DNA of 64,000 nt, taken from the NCBI RefSeq assembly GCF_006345805.1, contig NC_043013.1, forward strand, positions 3,348,001-3,412,000, read 5' to 3'. The notes beneath the pieces were generated by a model. That model made no database searches. It worked only from the letters and a program-made list of their open reading frames with translations, and was not told where the DNA came from. Position numbers and translations under genes: made by a program. The stretch comes from Octopus sinensis (taxonomy: Eukaryota). Below, piece by piece: positions 54,196-64,000 of this stretch. Position 1 is the stretch's first letter. Each line of letters starts with the position of its first letter.

Positions 54196-54899
54196 CATAA
54201 ACAAATGTGAACATTTAATGGATGGCGCGACAAAAGTACACAAACGCACATCCACACGCAAAACACACATGTGTGGATGTGTATTTGTGTATACACATAT
54301 ATATATATACATGCACACATACATTTATACTAATATATATTTATCTCCGCAGATTTACACATACACACACCAAATGACACGAAAGCACACTTATACATAC
54401 AAGGTCAAGCACTTATACACACACTTAGCAATGAGCGTGTGTGTATGCGTGTGTGTATGTGTGTGCATACTGTTATACATAAGTAGACTTATATATAGAT
54501 GATACACAAATTCCGATACATATATATACATACAGTCGTTGTCTCCGCCAAGAGAACTTACTTTCACACCAACACCCCATACATGCATTTATATATGCTT
54601 GCGCGTGTGTGTATGTTTGTATGCATGTATGTGTCTATGTATGTATATATATATGTTTGTATGTATGTATGTATGTATGCATGCATGTATGCATGTATGT
54701 ATGTATGTATGTATGTATGTATGTATGTATGTATGTATAGAATACTGGTCTTATGCAATAACATGTACATGTGTACAATAACTAACGTATTACTAAATAT
54801 ATACAATTTGTTATATATACCTACATATGTATACATACATGAATACATACAAACATATACACCTTCATATAGTTTATCATCTATCTTCTGTTTCAGTTT

Positions 54900-55145
54900 T
54901 TAAGCTGCGGCTATGCTGGAGCAGTGCTTTGAAGAATATTAGCTGAAAGAATCGAGCTCAGTACCTTTTTTGTTTTAGGTTTTGTACTTATTCTACCAAT
55001 ATATTTTGCCGAACCGCTAGATCACGGGGGCATAAACACACCAATAGCGGTTACTAAGCAGTGGTGGTGAGGCGAAACACAGACACAGACGCACATACAC
55101 ACACACATGTGGTCGGGAACTAAATATCTTACCACACAGCCACGC
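54900..55145 (-). mobile_element. SINE family B, degenerate and internally deleted
   Basis: gcggctatgctggagcagtg tail and ttttgccgaaccgctag. Confidence 0.7.
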
Positions 55146-55281
55146 CTCGCCTATAGAAATATATATATATTCAAGGGAAAATATTCGTGTGTGTCTGTAT
55201 AGGCATAGGTATATGTTGTCTATGTATGTCAGAGTATAGATATATAAGTGGATGACAATATTTGTGCCTTTGTACGTGTGC

Positions 55282-55312
<31 letters not shown>

Positions 55313-55524
55313 TGTATATGTGTATATATTTATGCACACATACGTACACGCATGCTTGCGCATATGTGTGTGTGTGTGTATATACTTGTATACATATACC
55401 ACTATACGCACATGTTTATACATAATTCAGTATACAAAAATACACTCATATATATATATATACATAAACACACACACATCTACACACAAACGCACACATA
55501 CACGCACGCACACACACACACACT

Positions 55525-55559
<35 letters not shown>

Positions 55560-56225
55560 TCATATAAAAGAACACAAATGGGGTTTAAAATTTACTACAG
55601 CTGTTTCGGTAGCATTTTATTGATGCATTCTTAGATTACATCATGTATGTATGTATGTATCTATGTATGTATGTATGTATGTATGTATGTATGTATGTAT
55701 GTATGTATGTACGTATGTATGTATTTATGTATGTAGACGCATATACAACTTTATAGACAGCCATCTGGACATACAAACACACACACATATACCTGTGTAC
55801 ATACACATATACAACTTATATATACAAATATACATATAGAGATACATACACACATATTCACTTATACCCTTACACACGTACCTTCACTTCTACACACGTA
55901 TTTTGGCTAATACACGCATATTCATACTTGAGTCGTAAATATATTCCTTCACCTAGAAGCCTTTGTACATTTAGTAGACTCTACCGTGTTGCAAGCCTTC
56001 GGGTCAGGTTTCAAGTTTGAGGACATCTTCCCCCTTCCACCCTTCTCTCTTCCTCCTCCTCATCTCTCGGTAGACTCGATGTCCTGCAGCGGGCACGAAC
56101 ACTACCATTCCTTTCTGACTAAAAGATAAAGACACGAACACTCAAAAACACGCAATAACTTTTACACATCCACAAACACACAGGCGTACACATATACATA
56201 TACGATTATGTAAATACACACGCAC

Positions 56226-56305
<80 letters not shown>

Positions 56306-56430
56306 CACCGTCACCGGTGATATCACCGTGACCGACCAGGCTATCAGATGTTGCTACACATCGCTGGTCACAATGCGCTTCACATTGTTTTAGCCTTCAA
56401 ATGACGCCACCCCGCTGGCTAAGCGAGCAG

Positions 56431-56469
<39 letters not shown>

Positions 56470-56612
56470 ACACCATAGATATACAGTTAAGGGGTTATAT
56501 ATAACGAGTTAGCAAGGTGAGGGAGGAGGAGGGTGTAAAATAATGTTAGTATTGTTGTTGTAACAATCAGTTCTAAAACAAATGTTTCTACAGTTGTGTT
56601 ACAATATGTGTA

Positions 56613-56678
<66 letters not shown>

Positions 56679-56924
56679 CGTGGTATAGTCTGAACGCTGG
56701 TGTGATCTATGTGTATGTATGTTTAGGAAAAGGCGCCATTGATTTCATGTAAATACAACCATAGAGGACTTAAAGAACCAAAGAAAATATAAAGATAGAT
56801 ATACAGATAGTTTAATCATACTTAATTTACCGAGATGGAGGAGTGGGTCCAGTAATGATGAGTTCGATTTCCCAGTCCGACCACTGTTTGTCAATAAAGA
56901 TTTAACAGCTTTTTTTTTTCTTTT

Positions 56925-57250
56925 ACTTGCCTCAATCATTAGGCTGCGGCCATGTTGCGGCAACCTTTTGATCGAATGAATTGATCCCAATACTTTTTTA
57001 AGACTGGTATTTATTCAATCGATTTCTTTTGCCGAGCCGCTAATTTACGGGAAGCGTAAACACACCAACACCGGGTGTCAAGGTGGGGGACAAACAGACA
57101 CAAAGACACATATATATATGGCGGCCTTCTTTCAGTTTCTGGCTACCAAATTCACTCGAGGCTATTGTAGAAGACACTTTCCTATGGTGCCACGCAGTGG
57201 GACTGAACCCGGAACCATGTCGTTGAGAAGCAAGCTTCTTACCACACAGC
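56925..57250 (-). mobile_element. SINE family B
   Basis: gccacgcagtgggactgaacccggaaccatg, aagcttcttaccacacagcc. Confidence 0.85.
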
Positions 57251-58110
57251 CAAGACAAGTTTGATTTTGAATTTACCCTTTAAAATATCTAATGTCACCA
57301 ATGCTGTCTCAGGTTGATACTTGGTGTCAGGTCACACCATGACACCAAATTAAGAGTTCTTATATTCCATTGACTTCGGTCGTCAACGTTTCACATTTTC
57401 TACAAAATACCAAGGTTATTCATTTCATCCACAAAGTGTGGAGCTTAGATTCTAAATAGAAGCCAGTATATATAATGAATCATTTTAATTCTTATTATTG
57501 TTTAGCCCCAGGTCATCCATGTTCCCACAAACAGGTAGGTGGAATGATCCACAAACTCTACCTCCACTTACTCCAGGTACACTCAAGCATTCTAGACTTT
57601 AACACAAGACATACAATGTGCTAATCTAAACATGGAACATATCCTTCTCTGACCAGTCTCTCAAATTGTTGTCGTTATTTCATTAGCATAACTGAATCGT
57701 AACTGGACAGCATCTGTAACCAATGGCACTCACAAATTGTGACAACCTCTCTCTTGGAAGAGGAGAAAATTAGTATCGTGCTCTTCTATTTGTATGAATG
57801 TAATGTGGCCAAATAAGAGAGGTCACTGGTTCGATCCCACTGCGTAGTATCATGTGCAGCTTCAAACTGACCCGAGCCTGAGAAATTGGGGAGACGAAAA
57901 CTTTGTGGAAGTTTGTCGGATTGATTGTATCTGTAGTTTAATTGTCACGTGGTTGCAAAGGAAGATTTATCTTGTGGACTTTTGCGGAGATGTCGGCTTC
58001 GTGCACAATATATCCCATTATAAATATAGCACAACCAGCATTTTCTATCACATCGTGGAGGTTAGAAGGTATCCTTACCTTTTTATTGAGTGGATATTTA
58101 GCTATCTTCT

Positions 58111-58337
58111 TATTTCTTTACTGCCCACAAGGGACTAAACATAGAGGAGACAAACAAGGACAGACAAAGGGATTAAGTCGATTACATCGACCTCAGTGCG
58201 TAACTAGTACTTAATTTATCGACCCCGAAAGGATGAAAGGCAAAGTCGACCTCGGCGGAATTTGAACTCAGAACGTAGGCAGACGAAAATACCGCTAAGC
58301 ATTTCGCCTGGCGTGCTAACGTTTCTGCCAGCTCGCC
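58111..58337 (-). mobile_element. Full-length SINE family A with TSD
   Basis: 14 bp TSD tttagctatcttct at 58097-58110 and 58338-58351. Confidence 0.93.
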
Positions 58338-58984
58338 TTTAGCTATCTTCTGTTCTCGCATAGTGAAGATGTGGGTTGTGGTGCATCTGGCTGCCCTGCC
58401 TGTCAATATTCTTAATAGCCTATGGTTTGCGGTAATCCATCTAAAACAATTTTTTGTTGATATTTCTTTTTTGCTGAGTATTTCTACCCTAAGATTTAAT
58501 ATTTACTCGGTAAAGCAACATATCTCTTCTCAACGAATACTCTTGCTTACGCAGATGCTTCGCTCGAAATACAAGTACATCCCAGTAGTTTTCCATATCT
58601 TTCATATAACCGATCGAAGATTCCATTCTATTCTTTTGTGATTTTGGTCTGATTCAATTCAAAGTCTGCAGGAATTACGTTTGACAGTTCTGATTTCCTG
58701 TCTTGTTAAAATTTTATGAAATAGTAATCCACATACCGTTTACCATTTTAACTTTACCGCTTGAATCCTGTTTCTATCTTCTCTAAGCTGACGCTATTTT
58801 TCTTTGCATTTTTCTCAATGAAGATAACCTTTTTTTTCCATAATTGTATTTATGGTAACTGCTTAGAGAATATGTATTACACGAATAATAACTAGCCCCT
58901 TCTACCAATGTCACTGACTTCGATGGCGTGTAAGTATACACACGTATGTATGCAGGTCTGTTTATCTGTCTGTCTGTCTGTCTT

Positions 58985-59468
58985 CTGTATGTATGTATGT
59001 ATGTATGTATGTATGTATGTATGTATGTACGTGCGTACGTATGTATGTATGCATGTATGTATGTATGTATGTATGTATGTATGTATGTATGTATGTATGT
59101 ATGTATGTGTGTATGTATGTATGTATGTATGTACGTATGTACGTATGTATGTATGTATGTATGTATGTATGTATGCATGTATGTATGTATGTATGTATGT
59201 ATGTATGTATGTATGTATGTATGTATGTATGCATGTGTGTATGTATGTATGTACATATGTATGTATGTATGATGTATGTATGTATGTATGTATGTATGTA
59301 TGTGTGTATGTATGTATGTATGTATGTACGTATGTATGTATGTATGTATGTATGTATGTATGTATGTATGTATGTATGTATGTGTGTATGTATGTATGTA
59401 TGTACGTATGTACGTATGTATGTATGTATGTATGTATGTATGTATGTACGTACGTACGTATGTATGTA
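58985..59468. repeat. (TATG)n microsatellite
   Basis: Directly visible. Confidence 0.97.
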
Positions 59469-60613
59469 TTCATTCTGTAACGAATAACCTAATCCCTAAA
59501 TATAAAAAAAAATGGCTCTTCTTCAGAGCTTAGGCTTCAACTACTACGTTCACTGATATGCTAAAGTTTCCAAAAGTCTTACATATTATCAGTTATACTT
59601 ACTGACTGAATTTGTAGATTAGTGTGTCAGGTGGTTCCAAGCTTTGCGTGACTTCGCTAACAGTACATTTTCTTTTTTATGTACTGAAAATATATTGTAG
59701 CGTATTACCATCTCAGAGGAACGTGCAGGTGAGAAATGTTTTTACAACTTTGGTGTAATACTGTTTCGATAATGCATCTGTGTTTCCAGCAACTATTTGC
59801 CCACTGTGTTTCCAGTAACCATTATTTGGGATGTGGGTTACTCTGTATTCGTCATACTTGTGTTAACCACGCAGTCGTGGCTGTACCGCTTATGTATGAA
59901 TATCAGATTCATCCTCCTACACTGGAAAGAAAACGTTATTAACTGTTATCTTTCAAGTCCAAAGGTAGCATCGTTTAAGATGAATTACCAAAGGCTTTCC
60001 AGTCATGGTCAACCCATCTTTTTTATGTGCGTTGTCCTGTGCTCTTGTTTTTTTTTTTAAGACAGAATGATGTTGTATGAAAAATATTTGGTTGCTATTT
60101 CTAGCAAGAAAAATAACCACGTTATAATCGTTCTATTTTATTTTCAACTAAACTATTGTCCGTATCAAGGATTCTTTAAACGTAGGTGATTGTGACATAG
60201 TGACACATACTGAGACTCAAATGTAACTATTTACAGATCATCTCTTTGTTGCTTGCAAAGCCCTCACCTTCTCTACAAATCTTAAAACGTCTGTCGAAAT
60301 GCACACACCTATTCTAAACCAATCTTGTGTTAAGCCTGCAATCTTCGTCAATTAAGAACCTTTTTAGATGACCCAGTGTTCTTTGTACCCTTGCAGCCTG
60401 GCAGTAGAAGCAAATTACTCGCAACACGTGATCCAGTACATCTTGCTACATGGTCGGGCTTTCTTGCAAATCCCTCATCAGACTAGTATTGGGTCAAAGA
60501 CTATCTGACAATAGCGTACGAACTTACTGTCGCCACGAGGAGGGAATGACCCTTTAACTGTAATTATAGCCCGTCTCTTAAGGGAAGGTTATTCTTGTAA
60601 TAAACCCGATAAA

Positions 60614-60757
60614 GTGAGGTATATTTGCCATTTCAATATGGCTAAGCACAAAGGGTGGATGTTACTGTAGCTTGTAGCCCCAGGAGAACAGCTCCTCCAG
60701 CTGGCTTTGCCTAAACCCTTAGTCGTTAGCCATATTGAGATGGCAAATATACCTCAC
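60614..60757. repeat. 43 bp imperfect inverted repeat (MITE-like hairpin)
   Basis: gtgaggtatatttgccatttcaatatggctaagcacaaagggt versus acccttagtcgttagccatattgagatggcaaatatacctcac. Confidence 0.85.
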
Positions 60758-60968
60758 ATTGTCGTGCAGTTACTGTTTATACTTCGTTCAGAGATTTATT
60801 ATTGCTTGAAAACCCGATAAAGTTGTTGTGATATATGCCTTCTTTTATTTTGTCCCTTAGATCCTTGACTAAGAGAATGTAAGAGCTGTTCGGGTGTTGT
60901 GCAAGCTGTTATCCACTGCATTTCGCGCAGCTATTGCTGGTGATATATTTTCCTAATTATAAAGAACA

Positions 60969-61033
<65 letters not shown>

Positions 61034-61469
61034 TGAATGTATGCATGCCTATTTGAATATGTATATTATGACTTATGTATGTATATATATATAATTCGTA
61101 TCTTTGCATATATATACGTGTATCTGTTTTACATATTTTCAGAATGCTATACGTGCCTTGTAATTACAATTTCCTAATTAGCCGTATGCTTTCTTGTTTT
61201 GTGAAGTTCAGCTTTTCAAGATCGATGTTGAGGCAGTTACATAATAAGCGAGTACCTAACAGTACCCAATAATTATAGGTATATGTCTAGTTATAGTCGG
61301 GGTATAGTATATAGAGATTTCTCATTATTCGGCACAGATGCTCTTTTTTCCTCCCTTTTATTCCTAAAAAATAATCTGCCAGTCAACTAAATTTCTACCA
61401 CAGTGCACACACATTTTTCTCTGTCCCATATCATTGTGTTTGATCGATTTTGTATATATATTATATATA

Positions 61470-61511
<42 letters not shown>

Positions 61512-62245
61512 CATAAGTATGAAGACCAGAATATATATATATATGTTTGTGTGTGTATAGAGAAATTCTTCTAATTGGAATTTTAAAATATAATTTGACC
61601 AACTATCCATTCGGTAACGTAGATTATGTAGGCACCATATTTGTGTGCGCGTGTATGTGTGTGTGCATGCATACGTGCGTTCGTACATGTGTCAGTGTGT
61701 GCGTGTGTGCGTGTGTGTGCGTGTGTGTGTGTGTGCGTGCGTACATATACACATACATTGGTGTTGGTATGTGTACATACCTAAATTTGTGCATGCGTCA
61801 ATATATGTATGTGTTGGCCTATCTATTTGCCTTGTAGAACTATTCTTCTTCGTAGAATCAAAACGCGCCCTCAGACATCTATGAGACCAGAAAACAAAAA
61901 GGAAATACTCAGAAAAACAGCAATATATTCGCTTATTTCCATGTATGTATGTCTGTATATCTGTATGTATGTACGTACGTACGTCTGTATGTATGTATAT
62001 ATATATACATGTATATATATATATATACATATACATGTATATACACACACATATATATATATGTAGGTATGTGTCTGCTAATTCATGTTCCATACATACA
62101 TATATGTGTGTGCTTGTGCGTGTATTTATACATATATATCTATGTATATGTATATGTAAACACATAAGTACACACATATATGTTATACTTATACATACGT
62201 ACTTGAACATACTTAAACATTTTCTTTATATACATACATACATAT

Positions 62246-62277
<32 letters not shown>

Positions 62278-62361
62278 CATATGTACATATATACGCCTAT
62301 GTATGTATGCATTATGTACGAATGTACATATATAAATGTAATATATATGTATATATATGAT

Positions 62362-62405
<44 letters not shown>

Positions 62406-62612
62406 TATATATATATATGTGTGTGTGTAGATATATGTATCTGCATATATGTGCATAAAATATAGTCATATATTTATGCGAATAAAAGGTGTTTTTGTGT
62501 GTGTGTATGTATATATATATATATATATTATATATATATAATATGCTTAAATTCATTATGTATATATGTGTATGTGTGTATATATATATATGTCTCTATG
62601 TATGTGTATATG

Positions 62613-62677
<65 letters not shown>

Positions 62678-62689
62678 AACTCTCTTGGA

Positions 62690-63090
62690 TGGCATAATAG
62701 AGAACCAGGAAAGGCAGACGGGTTGAAATAACTGGAGGGAGCGAAAGGCAGAGGGTTTCTTGTGTAGCCTCCTAGAGAAAGAGGGGGGACGAGAGAGGGA
62801 ATGAGAGGCTGAGGGCGGGGTGGCATCCCCATCCCCAGTCCCAAACCCCCGCACTTTACACTCCCCAACTGCGCCATCCGCCGTAATGTAAGAGGGGGGT
62901 GCAGGGGAGGGAACTCGACCTCGTCATAGACAGCAGTAAGCCTAGAAAAGAGGTTGTCAGCCCCCCCCCCACCGCCAACCCACCGAGACAGCCACTGTCA
63001 TTGGCTCAGCTCACGTCTGTTGCACAATTGATTTTGTTGGCCCATCATTCATGAACTAGCAATCAGATGCAGAGGTTGCCATGGCAATCA
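62690..63090. promoter_or_regulatory. Candidate GC-rich promoter (GC box, CCAAT, RFX X-box)
   Basis: gggcgggg at about 62814, reverse CCAAT at about 63000, GTTGCCATGGCAAT at 63075-63088. Confidence 0.3.
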
Positions 63091-63445
63091 GCCTGTTGCA
63101 ATGGAATCTGCAGTAATACAGCTGCTTCTATTTACTGCATCAACTCCTACTGCATCTGGTTAATATGGCAATCAGTCTGCCATATTTTGCAGCAGCAAAC
63201 TTACTGCCACTCTTCAGCCACTCAATCTTCTACAGCCCCTTCTTTATATGCATATCTGTGTGCATCTATGTGCGCATGTGCGTGTGTGCATCTGTGTGTG
63301 TAAGTGTGAATAATATATACTATATTATATATAATAATATATATATATATTTATGCGTGTAAATATGTGTATGTATATGTATATAACTGCTCATATGAAA
63401 GTATGAAAATACATGCGTGCACATGTATATATATTTATATATATA

Positions 63446-63496
<51 letters not shown>

Positions 63497-63549
63497 GTGT
63501 GTGTGTGTGTGTGTGTGTGTGTGGTGGTGGTGTGTGTGTGTGTGTGTGT

Positions 63550-63905
63550 GTATTTGACTGCGGCCATGCTAGAGCACTACCTTGAAGGGTGTTACTCGAA
63601 GAAATCGACACCAGCACTTATTCTTTGTCAGCCTAGAACTTATTCTATCGGTAACATTTGCCGAACCGCTAGGTTACGGAGATATAAACACACCAACATC
63701 GGTTGTCAAGCGATGGCAGGGGACAAGCACAGACACACACAAATATATACGACCGGCTTCTTCCAGTTTCCGTCTACCAAATCTACTCACAAGGCTTTGC
63801 TAGGCCCGAGGTTAGAGTACATGACACTTTCCCAAGGTGCCATGCATTGGGACGGAACCTGAAACCATGTGGTCGGAAGCAAGCTGCTTACCACACAGCC
63901 ACGCC
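63550..63905 (-). mobile_element. SINE family B
   Basis: gactgcggccatgctagagc tail, gccgaaccgctaggttacgg, ttccgtctaccaaatctactcacaaggc. Confidence 0.88.
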
Positions 63906-63944
63906 TGCGCCTAGATGCATATATATATATAGTGTGTGTTTGTG

Positions 63945-63995
<51 letters not shown>

Positions 63996-64000
63996 TATAT

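Overview
Eukaryotic, very repeat-rich non-coding DNA (intron or intergenic), most likely from an octopus or other coleoid cephalopod. The taxon is inferred from the tRNA-derived SINE families and the dense (TA)n/(GATA)n/(TATG)n/trinucleotide microsatellites. Almost all entries in the ORF track are microsatellite artefacts. The window holds three SINE families (several copies with clear 14-17 bp TSDs), decayed LINE fragments (RTE-type, R4/Dong-like, CR1/L2-like), a near full-length mariner, Tc1 and maT-like remnants, and a non-autonomous Helitron. It is also unusually dense in Penelope-like element (PLE) pieces carrying hammerhead ribozymes (HHRs) of at least four sequence families. The most striking structures are PLE-derived fold-backs: a 437 bp nested palindrome at 44634-45070 with an HHR in each arm, a 1.9 kb RT+GIY-YIG PLE at 25715-27592 with intact HHR cores on both strands, and inverted duplications of host flank around solo HHR repeats. 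No host gene could be identified; a few candidate exons and one candidate promoter are listed at low confidence. Coordinates were read by eye. Motif positions should be accurate to a few bases; boundaries of decayed elements are approximate.
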